DNA of 33,843 nt from Clostridia bacterium. GTDB taxonomy: Bacteria; Bacillota; Clostridia; Monoglobales; Firm-18. A program made the position numbers and the translations under genes. The notes below the pieces were generated by a model that did no database searches, was not told the origin of the DNA, and worked only from the letters and a program-made list of their open reading frames with translations. The stretch spans positions 1 to 33,843 of the forward strand of contig JAGCLT010000079.1 in NCBI GenBank assembly GCA_017646825.1, written 5' to 3'. Of this stretch, positions 1-8,327 are shown one piece after another; position 1 is the first letter of the stretch, and the number at the start of each line of letters is the position of its first letter.

Positions 1-1
1 A

Positions 2-784
2 ACTATAAGTTACGGAAAAATCACATATACAAAGGACAATGGCAGACTTGATTATAAAATCACCGTTAATTATACGGTGTCATCTTATCAGGAAGGAGAA
101 CAGGTTACTATGCTAGTGCTTTCGGGCACTGACACAATAGTTTTTGACTCGGTTGAAACTGACAAGCCTGTAAACATTGCGTACATAGATCAGAAACCTA
201 TTGAAAACGCAAATGATTCCTTTACATTTCTTCTTGAAAAAAGTTTTGTGCAGAATAATAAACTGTATATAAAACTTGGCGCTTCAAGCATGCTTCAGCC
301 TTCTGACAAAGTATATACATTTTTGTCAGGAAATGAAACAGTTCAGGTTAATGCTGTTTCAGAAGTAACCAATGCCTTTGGATTGTCAGGCAAAACACTT
401 TTGATTGTTACAACGGAAAACACATTGCCGGACGAAGCCGTTGTAAAGATTAAAGGACAGCAGATGTACAAAGTTGCAAACGACGGAGCAGTTAATAAAT
501 ATATTGCTGTTGTAGATAATTATGATAGCGCAAACCGTGAATTTATTACTGCAAACGGAGAAAATCAGGAATTGATTATCGGGGATTCAAACGGCGACAG
601 TGCCATTACCTCTTCTGATATATCAAATATTATCAGCAAAATTATAAGCGGCTCTGCATTTACTGAAATTGTTAATATGTGTTCTGACTTCAATGGAGAC
701 GGACTGATTAATATTACTGATATAACATTTTTGTACGATTATATTAACGGAAACATAACAGATATACCGGCGCTTAACAGATAA
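2..784 (+). CDS. Dockerin-containing cell-surface protein (5'-truncated by the window edge): N-terminal beta-rich module, probable X-module, C-terminal dockerin
   Basis: Frame is open from nt 2 (TISYGKITYTKDNGRLDYKITVNYTV...), so the GTG at 77 is probably not the true start. The C-terminus has two Ca-binding dockerin repeats, GDSNGDSAITSSDISNII and SDFNGDGLINITDITFLY (~581-750). Confidence 0.85.
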   Translation, partial: TISYGKITYTKDNGRLDYKITVNYTVSSYQEGEQVTMLVLSGTDTIVFDSVETDKPVNIAYIDQKPIENANDSFTFLLEKSFVQNNKLYIKLGASSMLQPSDKVYTFLSGNETVQVNAVSEVTNAFGLSGKTLLIVTTENTLPDEAVVKIKGQQMYKVANDGAVNKYIAVVDNYDSANREFITANGENQELIIGDSNGDSAITSSDISNIISKIISGSAFTEIVNMCSDFNGDGLINITDITFLYDYINGNITDIPALNR

Positions 785-798
785 GGAGAAAAATAATT

Positions 799-3099
799 AT
801 GATGAAAAGAATTTTAGCACTGATACTTGCAATTGCAGTTTCCGTAATTGGTTTATCTTTTTGCGTAAGCGCTGCGGCAGTTGTTACAGTTACAACAGGT
901 CCAATTAATGCAACAAATGTTGCTGCAAACGGAGAAATTTCTGTTCCGTTGACTATTTCCAATATAGTTGACACAGCAATAAAAGGCGTACAGATTGATT
1001 TCTCTTTTGATAAAACAAAACTGGAATTTGTAGATGCAAAAAGAGCAATGAAGTTATATAAAACAGATACAGGTACGCTCGCAAATGCTACATGGAATAA
1101 AAATGTAACCGCTATCAACCAAAATGGTGGCGGAAGCGTGATTTTTACTGATTCTTCTTCAGGTGGCCGTTCTTTCAGACAACAGTCATTTGACGCAAAT
1201 CCAACACTTGTAACACTGATATTTAAAAGAAAATCAGGAGTTACCGAAAATTCCGAAGTTACATTTGATGAAATAATATTAAACGGCTTGTCAAATACTG
1301 AATATAAAGTTTCAAAAGGACATATCGATTGCGAAGATGCGCAAATCAAATTTGTAAAGAATACAGATGCATCTTTAAGTTCGTTAACAGCATCTCCTGC
1401 AGTTTTGTCACCTGCATTTGATTCCGGAGTGTATTCTTATACGGCAACCGTTCCTTATGAAACACAGTCTGTGACACTTGCGGCAACTGCAACAGACGCT
1501 TATGCATCAGTTGTATCATCGACTGTAGGTGTTAAGACACTTTCAACAGGGGAAAACACATTTGTAGTTAAAAGTCGTGCGGAGGATGGCGTAACAACCA
1601 AAGATTATACAGTGGTTATTACTAAAGAAGCACCTCCTGCATATCATGGAGATAATACATTAAGCGCACTGTCTATAGAGGGACTTACATTATCACCTGT
1701 ATTCTCAGCAGGAACACTTACATATACAACAACAACAGAGTCTGATACCGTACCTGTAATTACTGCTACACCGACAGTTGACGGTGCAACTGTTAATGTC
1801 GTAAAACCTGCACAGTTTGCAGTAGGTGAGAACACAATTACAATTACTGTTACAGCACTCAACGGTTCAACAAGCACTTATACTGTAACAGTTACATATA
1901 ATCTTCCTTTGGATTTAACCTCAAATACACTTAGTGCATTGTCAATAGGCACAATTCCTCTGACACCTACATTTTCAAGTGATGTAGTTTCATATACAGG
2001 AACAACGGATTCGGCAACAGTACCTGAGATAATCGCTACACCTACAGTTGACGGTGCAACTGTTAATATTCAAAAACCGGAAACATTCAGTCCCGGAAGA
2101 AACGAAATATTAATTACAGTTACTGCAGTTAACGGTACACCAAAACGTTATCTGGTGGCGATTACATATGATTCACCTGATTTGTACGGGGACAATACCT
2201 TAAAAGAACTTCGCATAAAGGACAACAAAATTCCTTTGTCTCCTGCATTTTCAAGTGAGATTACAACTTATACAGGTGCAACAAGAGTTACGGCAATACC
2301 TGAAATTGTTGCAACACCTAATGACAGACATGCAACTGTTACAATTTCAGCACCGCCAAAACTTATCAAAGGTGAAAATACAATTACGATTACGGTTACA
2401 GCATTAAATGGTGCTACCAAAAACTATTACCTGAAAATCACCTGCAATCCCGCCGATGGTGGCGGTGGTGGAGGCGGCACCGGTGGTGGAGGTGGAGCCG
2501 GTGGCGGAGCACAGACAGAGCCAACCACACCTACAACACCTACAAGACCAAGCGGTAAATTCAACGACTTAAAAGGTTATGACTGGGCACTTGATGCTAT
2601 AGACAAATTAGTTACAAAAGGCATTGTAAGCGGTACAAGTGCAACAACATTTGAGCCCGAAAAGAGTGTGACAAGAGCAGAATTTGCAAAACTGGTTGTG
2701 GCATCTTTTGGATTAACTTTAAATAGCGACAAATTAACATCATTTAATGATGTTAATTCGGCAGAATGGTACAAACAATATGTTGATATTGCAGTATCTA
2801 ACGGAATCGTAACAGGTTATGAAAACAACACATTCAGACCGAACAATACTATTACCAGAGAAGAAATGTGCGTAATGCTTGCAAGAGCACTTAGGTCTTA
2901 TGAACTGGAAGATAAAGAAAGCACAACTTTTGCGGATGCAAATAAAGTAAGTGGCTGGGCAATAGAAGCAGTAGCGCTTCTGTCATCACACGGTATTATA
3001 AACGGCAAAGGCAATGATATGTTTGCACCCCTTGATAATGCAAGCCGTGCGGAAAGCGCAGTAACAATAGGCCGAATTTTAACCTTAATAGGTAAATAA
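799..3099 (+). CDS. Secreted SLH-anchored cohesin protein: signal peptide, cohesin-like domain, 4 cadherin-like beta-sandwich repeats, Gly and Pro/Thr linker, 3 SLH domains
   Basis: RBS AAGGAG; signal peptide MMKRILALILAIAVSVIG...AAA; cohesin-like pattern ISVPLTISN...IKGVQIDFSFDKTKLEFV; four repeats of the form L-S-x-L...LSPxF...Y...GENxxxxxVxA..G.T..Y; SLH motifs FNDLKGYDWA...VTRAEF, FNDVNSAEWY...ITREEM and FADANKVSGWA...ASRAES. Confidence 0.85.
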   Translation: MMKRILALILAIAVSVIGLSFCVSAAAVVTVTTGPINATNVAANGEISVPLTISNIVDTAIKGVQIDFSFDKTKLEFVDAKRAMKLYKTDTGTLANATWNKNVTAINQNGGGSVIFTDSSSGGRSFRQQSFDANPTLVTLIFKRKSGVTENSEVTFDEIILNGLSNTEYKVSKGHIDCEDAQIKFVKNTDASLSSLTASPAVLSPAFDSGVYSYTATVPYETQSVTLAATATDAYASVVSSTVGVKTLSTGENTFVVKSRAEDGVTTKDYTVVITKEAPPAYHGDNTLSALSIEGLTLSPVFSAGTLTYTTTTESDTVPVITATPTVDGATVNVVKPAQFAVGENTITITVTALNGSTSTYTVTVTYNLPLDLTSNTLSALSIGTIPLTPTFSSDVVSYTGTTDSATVPEIIATPTVDGATVNIQKPETFSPGRNEILITVTAVNGTPKRYLVAITYDSPDLYGDNTLKELRIKDNKIPLSPAFSSEITTYTGATRVTAIPEIVATPNDRHATVTISAPPKLIKGENTITITVTALNGATKNYYLKITCNPADGGGGGGGTGGGGGAGGGAQTEPTTPTTPTRPSGKFNDLKGYDWALDAIDKLVTKGIVSGTSATTFEPEKSVTRAEFAKLVVASFGLTLNSDKLTSFNDVNSAEWYKQYVDIAVSNGIVTGYENNTFRPNNTITREEMCVMLARALRSYELEDKESTTFADANKVSGWAIEAVALLSSHGIINGKGNDMFAPLDNASRAESAVTIGRILTLIGK
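1360..2448 (+). repeat. Four tandem ~90-aa cadherin-like beta-sandwich coding repeats
   Basis: Repeats start at about 1360, 1648, 1921 and 2188. An identical 24-mer ACAGTTGACGGTGCAACTGTTAAT occurs at 1774-1797 and 2044-2067 (270 nt apart). Confidence 0.85.
2458..2553 (+). repeat. Low-complexity poly-Gly and Pro/Thr linker preceding the SLH domains
   Basis: Translation GGGGGGGTGGGGGAGGGAQTEPTTPTTPTRPS; GGN codon run. Confidence 0.9.
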
Positions 3100-3111
3100 G
3101 GAGACAACAAA

Positions 3112-6100
3112 ATGAATAAAAAACTATCAAAAATACTATCTTTATTTATTGCAATGTCCATTGCTCTTTCAATGGTCACAATCTCTGTATCGTCAACGGA
3201 AACCCTATTGTCTGACGAAAATTCTGAAGGACTTTTAGAGGCTCCGTCTGGTGATTTATTGTTGGAGCAAGAGACTTTTACAGGCATAGACAGCACAAAT
3301 AATAATAATGCCGAACCGGGCACAATGGATTTTAACAGTTTTACGTTAACTTCATCTGATGAAGAACCAGCAGTTGAGCCCGATATTCCGCAGATTCGTT
3401 CAACAACAATAGTTGATACAGGAATGGGTTTAACAGAATCTTTTAAGATTTTGTTTGATACACCTATGAACTTTGAATCTCTTTCTAATGTTAAGTTGTA
3501 TAAGGATAGTTTGGGAGGAACACAGGTTCAATTAACTCCTTCTTTGTCAACAGACAGACTTGCGGCGTATTTCTCACATGTACCGCTTGAATATAATACA
3601 ACTTATGTGCTCAGCATACCTGACACTGTTTTGTCTTCAACATACGGTGCTTTCGAGGGCGCTACATACACATTTACAACTATCAGTAAAACAGCACAGC
3701 ACGAAAACGTTGTGTGGTTTGAAGATTTTGACACAAGAACAGGCTGGGACGAAACGGAGAGAAGAGCCGGCTGGGGCATGGCCATCAAAGAAACGATTGA
3801 TGGTGTGTTGTGCGATATTGGCGGAGCGTCAAATTTAGGCGATCGTGATAATATTGCCGGGCAAAAGGCGGAATTTCGTGAAGGTGGAATTATGTTTACG
3901 AAACCGCTGACTTACGGCACATCAAACTTTGTTCATTTGACATTGCCGTTTACAGGTTACACGCTAAACGAAACTGCGGATTATGTAGCAGTTGAATTCG
4001 ATTATTATCAGGAAGGAGAATACGGGGACAAATATTCATCAGACGTAAGAATTCAAAATGAAGCCGAAAATACTATTTTCGCATTAAACTTTGGTAGTCC
4101 GTCTTACGGTTTTCAGTATCATACTCTTTACGGATTGTATGCAAAAGATTTTGAAGAATATCCTGATTTTCAAAACAAACTTTTGGCGCTTGCTCCGGAC
4201 GGTGTAATGAATGCAGAGGATGTAGCGGCGAACAGTATATCTAATAATAAATCACACTGGATAGGAACAGACGTAAAAATTCAAATTTTATTTGATGTTA
4301 AAAACAGTAAATATATAGTGAATTATTTTATTGACAATGAAAGATACGAGGCATTAAACGGATGGGAAGATATGGTTCCTGCATGGGATTTTAACTTAAA
4401 CAAAATCACATTTACAGCACAAAGCGAGGCGGCTCCAACCAAGCCCGACGTAATTGTTAAATATGATAATGTTGCAATTGTTGAATATTCATCACCTGAA
4501 GTTGCCTTTACTTCAGTAGATGCACAATCCAACATTGAAACTGACGAGCCTGTAACAATTACATTTACAGAGCCTATGATGGAAGAAACATTAAAAGGTA
4601 TTACTTTGAAGAAAGGCTCTGCAGATGTTGAAAATTTAGATTTTGAGTTGTCGCCTGACGGAAAAACTGTAACATTGATTTGCGATGAACTCGATAACGG
4701 AGCAGACTATACTCTTACAGTTCCTGAAACTGTAATGTCAGAAGATTATTTTGCAATGGCAGAAGAATATACCAAAATATTTACAACAATGGCGGCGGAA
4801 AAAGCATATACATTTACAACAAAAACTGCACCTACACCACCTATTATTGTATCTGCATCAATAACAGACGGCGAAACAGGTGTGCCTGTTACAAGTGAAT
4901 TTACATTTACTTTTGACAAAGCGATGAATACATCAACATTTGACAATATAACATTAGTGAAGGTTGAAGGAGAGGAAGAAACTTCGGTTTCACTTTATCC
5001 TTCTGCTTCAAACGGTGATAAAACAGTAAGACTTGGTCACCCGAAACTTGATAATGGTAAAGATTACATCTTGACTATTCCCACAAGCGTAAAAGCAGTA
5101 AACAACCTTGCGCTTTCGAATGAAGTAAAATATACGTTTACAACTGCAAATGTTGCAGAGGGCGAAACTTTGTTATATGGTCAGTACTTTGATACTGCTA
5201 TAGGCGGCGTAACTGAAACACAAGCCAGGTATCAGGACGGTAACTGGAATATTTATTCAAAGGTTGAAAACGAGACTGCTTGTTCTGATACAAACAAAGT
5301 AGAATTCAAAGACGGTAAAATGGTAATTACCAAGGAACAGAGAATAACAGGCGCAGAAGCACAAAACGCTATTTATGCTAAACTTGATTTGTCTAAGGCG
5401 GCAAATATGCCTGAAACAGGCGTTGTTGCTATTGAATATGACATTAATTACAGTAAAAAACCCCGGGATACATGGTACACAGATGCTGCTGTAAGCAGCA
5501 ATGCTGAAATCACAAGACTTTGTTTCGCAAGCGGAAGTTTCGGCTGGATTGATAAGAGTGTTACCGATGATATAAGAACTGGTACAAAAATAACAACACC
5601 TTCAGACTGGCTGGAAGGCAAAGATATTCATGTGAAACTTGTGTATAACTTAGACGATAAAACTTATACTATGTTCTATACAGTTGATGGTGTAACATAC
5701 CAGAGTCCTGTAGGAGTTGCTCCTTTCAGAAACGGTATTACAAGCACAAAAATTACTAAATTGAAATTTTCATATATTTACAGGTATTATGACGATGACC
5801 CGATTATAATCACACTGGACAATGTGGAAGTTAAAAAACTTACTAAACCTGTAGTTGACACAAATGCTTCATCAGTTGTTAACGGTCAGTCAGGGGTAAG
5901 CGCAACAGGAAAAATTACATTGAAATTTAATGCTGATATGAACACTAACTATTTTAAAGATATTAAGATTTACGAAGGCGAAGTAGCACCACAGAATGTT
6001 GTTCCCACAACTTCTGTTTTTGAAGATTCAAAAACCTGTTTTGTATATCTTGATAAGGGCTTGAAATACAGCACGCGTTACGTAATTGATATTCCTACGT

Positions 6101-6504
6101 CTGTTGTAAGTAAAAACTTGATTCCGGTTGCTGCAAAACAGATTAATTTTTATACAGAAGCGCCACAGATTGGATACGATGTAGAATTTGTTTCTGTTAA
6201 AAACGAAAGGGGCACTACGGTAACAGATATCAGGGGACTGAAATCTGTTAAAGCAGAAGTACTGTTTACAAACGAAATGTGTGCATGTTTAAAAGCACCA
6301 AAACTTATAGTTGCACTTTGTGACAGCGAAGGCAATATAAAGAGCATTTCTTACCGTGAAACTCCGGTGTATGTAGGTTCACCTCAGACTGTTGTTGCAA
6401 GTTTTACATCTACTATTCCTTTTGAATCGGGCGACTGCTTAAAAGCCTATGTATTAGACGGCACAACAGGAAGTATAATGTCACGGGAAGTTATATATAA
6501 TTAA
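3112..6504 (+). CDS. Large secreted protein: signal peptide, 4 Ig-like (Big_5/SbsA-type) domains, 2 predicted beta-sandwich (lectin/LamG-like) domains and a C-terminal ~110-aa module
   Basis: RBS AGGGAG; signal peptide; Big_5-like units (FxxPM/FDKAM/FNADM...L.Y/NG..Y.L.IP..V...FTT) at about 3388-3681, 4495-4788, 4837-5145 and 5848-6159; intervening domains open with WFEDFD/YGQYFD and close with YDNVAI/LDNVEV. Confidence 0.75.
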   Translation: MNKKLSKILSLFIAMSIALSMVTISVSSTETLLSDENSEGLLEAPSGDLLLEQETFTGIDSTNNNNAEPGTMDFNSFTLTSSDEEPAVEPDIPQIRSTTIVDTGMGLTESFKILFDTPMNFESLSNVKLYKDSLGGTQVQLTPSLSTDRLAAYFSHVPLEYNTTYVLSIPDTVLSSTYGAFEGATYTFTTISKTAQHENVVWFEDFDTRTGWDETERRAGWGMAIKETIDGVLCDIGGASNLGDRDNIAGQKAEFREGGIMFTKPLTYGTSNFVHLTLPFTGYTLNETADYVAVEFDYYQEGEYGDKYSSDVRIQNEAENTIFALNFGSPSYGFQYHTLYGLYAKDFEEYPDFQNKLLALAPDGVMNAEDVAANSISNNKSHWIGTDVKIQILFDVKNSKYIVNYFIDNERYEALNGWEDMVPAWDFNLNKITFTAQSEAAPTKPDVIVKYDNVAIVEYSSPEVAFTSVDAQSNIETDEPVTITFTEPMMEETLKGITLKKGSADVENLDFELSPDGKTVTLICDELDNGADYTLTVPETVMSEDYFAMAEEYTKIFTTMAAEKAYTFTTKTAPTPPIIVSASITDGETGVPVTSEFTFTFDKAMNTSTFDNITLVKVEGEEETSVSLYPSASNGDKTVRLGHPKLDNGKDYILTIPTSVKAVNNLALSNEVKYTFTTANVAEGETLLYGQYFDTAIGGVTETQARYQDGNWNIYSKVENETACSDTNKVEFKDGKMVITKEQRITGAEAQNAIYAKLDLSKAANMPETGVVAIEYDINYSKKPRDTWYTDAAVSSNAEITRLCFASGSFGWIDKSVTDDIRTGTKITTPSDWLEGKDIHVKLVYNLDDKTYTMFYTVDGVTYQSPVGVAPFRNGITSTKITKLKFSYIYRYYDDDPIIITLDNVEVKKLTKPVVDTNASSVVNGQSGVSATGKITLKFNADMNTNYFKDIKIYEGEVAPQNVVPTTSVFEDSKTCFVYLDKGLKYSTRYVIDIPTSVVSKNLIPVAAKQINFYTEAPQIGYDVEFVSVKNERGTTVTDIRGLKSVKAEVLFTNEMCACLKAPKLIVALCDSEGNIKSISYRETPVYVGSPQTVVASFTSTIPFESGDCLKAYVLDGTTGSIMSREVIYN

Positions 6505-6514
6505 TAAGATAATA

Positions 6515-6546
6515 AAAAGTCATTAGTCTTCGGACTAATGACTTTT
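6515..6546. terminator. Bidirectional intrinsic terminator with a UUCG tetraloop
   Basis: Perfect 14-bp inverted repeat AAAAGTCATTAGTC-TTCG-GACTAATGACTTTT between convergent genes. Confidence 0.9.
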
Positions 6547-6911
6547 GTATTTTGACGGTACAGTTCCGTAACATTTCTTAAAAACTTTTGTGAAGTATGA
6601 GATGTTGGTAAATCCGCATCTTTCTGCACTTTCGCTTACAGGTACGTTGTCTTTTAAAAGTTCGGTAACTTTAAGACATCTGTATCTGTTTATATATTCC
6701 ACCACCGTGTTGGATGTGATTTTTTTGAACTCGCGGGACAAAGTGTATTTGTCAATGGCAGAAAATCGCGCGACATTTTTTTGTTATAGTTTTCTCTGAT
6801 ATATTTTATGCTTTTTTTTATTGTATCAAATTTGTTTTGTTCATATATAGCAGTAACGCTTTGCAAGTGATTTTCAAAAAGTTCTATAAGTATATTCAAT
6901 AAACATACTTT
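6535..6911 (-). pseudogene. AraC-family regulator remnant (5'-truncated, internally frameshifted)
   Basis: One frame reads KVCLLNILIELFENH...IKKSIKYIRENYNKKMS. A second frame continues SAIDKYTLSREFKKITSNTVVEYINRYR...SESAERCGFTNISYFTKVFKKCYGTVPSKYK, the AraC C-terminal HTH signature. No N-terminal sensor domain or RBS is present. Confidence 0.8.
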
Positions 6912-7562
6912 TTATTTTGCAAAGACATGTTTGCCTATTGTGGTAATTACAGGTCTTGAATATATCCAGTTGTTTGTGGTTTTAGCAGGGTTGTAATAAT
7001 ATATTGCACCACCTGTTGGGTCCCAGCCGTTTAAAGCATCCTTTGCGGCTTTGTAAGGCGTGTCATACATTTCCGCGTTCCATTGTCCGTCCTGTAGTGC
7101 CGTAAATGCTCCCGGCTGATAAATTACGCCTGCAATAGTATTAGGAAAGGAGGAATGCTCAACTCTGTTTAACACAACTGCACCAACAGCAACTTGTCCT
7201 GTATAACTTTCTCCTCTTGCCTCTGCATTTATAATTCTTGCAAGGAGTCTTGCGTTGGTTTCGGCAGACCCTGATGCGGAATTTGAAGAGATGCCCATTT
7301 TTTCAAGAGTATTTTTTCCTGCTATTCCGTCCTGCTTAAGTCCGTTGTTTTTCTGGAACTGTGTAACCGCTTTTTTTGTGTTGCTTCCGAATATGCCGTC
7401 AACTTTTTTTATGTCATATCCCCATTTCTGAAGGCGTGACTGTATTTCTCTTACTTCGTCCCCTCTGGAGCCGTACTTTGATAATGTAGAAACACTAATT
7501 AGCGTTGCGGACAAAGACACTATCACAATAGAAAGGGTAATAAAAAGTATTGATTTTTTCAT
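6912..7562 (-). CDS. sleB: Spore cortex-lytic enzyme (signal peptide, PG-binding domain, Hydrolase_2)
   Basis: GSRGDEVREIQSRL...DGIFG...DGIAGKNTL PG-binding domain; LLARIINAEARGESYTGQVAVGAVVLNRV and GWDPTGGAIYYYNP catalytic motifs; RBS AGGAG. Confidence 0.9.
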   Translation of the reverse strand: MKKSILFITLSIVIVSLSATLISVSTLSKYGSRGDEVREIQSRLQKWGYDIKKVDGIFGSNTKKAVTQFQKNNGLKQDGIAGKNTLEKMGISSNSASGSAETNARLLARIINAEARGESYTGQVAVGAVVLNRVEHSSFPNTIAGVIYQPGAFTALQDGQWNAEMYDTPYKAAKDALNGWDPTGGAIYYYNPAKTTNNWIYSRPVITTIGKHVFAK

Positions 7563-7592
7563 TGTTTTTCAACTCCTAACGTCTTTTACCGT

Positions 7593-7622
7593 TAGTGTTG
7601 CCAGAATAATATGATATTATGA
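7593..7622 (-). promoter_or_regulatory. Putative sigmaF/sigmaG-type promoter for sleB
   Basis: Minus strand reads TCATA-15 nt-GGCAACACTA, close to the forespore consensus GyATA-N15-GGnnAnAhTR. Confidence 0.55.
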
Positions 7623-8324
7623 CAGTTTTTCCCGCATTTGCAAAAGCACCCGCTTTTCTATCCGCGACACCTGAACCTGGGATATTCCGATTTTTTTTGC
7701 AATTTCACTTTGAGTCTTGTCCATAAAATATCTCATAAAAATTATTTGTCTTTCCCTTTTGGGAAAAGTAGAAAGAACAGACTTAAGAGCAAGCCTGTCA
7801 ATGCTTTCTGTTTCTAAATCGGTGTCTGCGGACAACTGTTGCTCTAAAGGTTGTTCGCCGTCTCCTGCATAGTTTAATGATGCGGGGCGGGTGTACGCTT
7901 CCATAGCCACAATAATATCTTCCGTGTTTACCCCTACCTCTTTGGCAATTTCCGAAACGGTGGGCTCGCGGTTTAAGGTTTTGGACAGTTTTTCTCTTAC
8001 TGCCATTGCCTTTATACCTGTTTCCTTAATACTTCTGCTGATTTTTATTATGCCGTCATCTCTTATAAATCTTTTTATTTCTCCCGTTATCATAGGAACT
8101 GCATAGGTGGAAAACTGAAGACCTAAAGAGGTGTCGAATTTGTCAATGGCTTTAATAAGACCTATGCACCCCACCTGAAATAGGTCCTCTGCCTCGTGCC
8201 CTCTGTTCGAAAATCTTTTTACTATGCTCCACACCAGTTTACTGTTATTTTCCACTAAAAAGGAACGGCTGTCCTTGTCTCCGCTTTTTGCCTTGTTAAT
8301 GGCAAGATAAATGTCAGGTTGCAT
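7617..8324 (-). CDS. sigF: Sporulation sigma factor sigmaF (SpoIIAC)
   Basis: LVWSIVKRF, DLFQVGCIGLIKAIDKFD, FSTYAVPMITGEIKRFIRDDG, TQSEIAKKIGISQVQVSRIEK; third gene of the spoIIA operon. Confidence 0.95.
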   Translation of the reverse strand: MQPDIYLAINKAKSGDKDSRSFLVENNSKLVWSIVKRFSNRGHEAEDLFQVGCIGLIKAIDKFDTSLGLQFSTYAVPMITGEIKRFIRDDGIIKISRSIKETGIKAMAVREKLSKTLNREPTVSEIAKEVGVNTEDIIVAMEAYTRPASLNYAGDGEQPLEQQLSADTDLETESIDRLALKSVLSTFPKRERQIIFMRYFMDKTQSEIAKKIGISQVQVSRIEKRVLLQMREKLS

Positions 8325-8327
8325 AGT

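Noticed and set aside
1774-2067. Repeated 24-mer with internal palindrome ACAGTTG-N6-CAACTGT, resembling a CRISPR repeat or operator
   Set aside because: Only two copies, 270 nt apart, both in frame and encoding TVDGATVN within protein repeats; no cas genes in the window.
1-6546. Mobile element or genomic island carrying the surface operon
   Set aside because: No integrase, transposase, tRNA or terminal repeats are visible, there is no obvious compositional break, and the left boundary lies outside the window.
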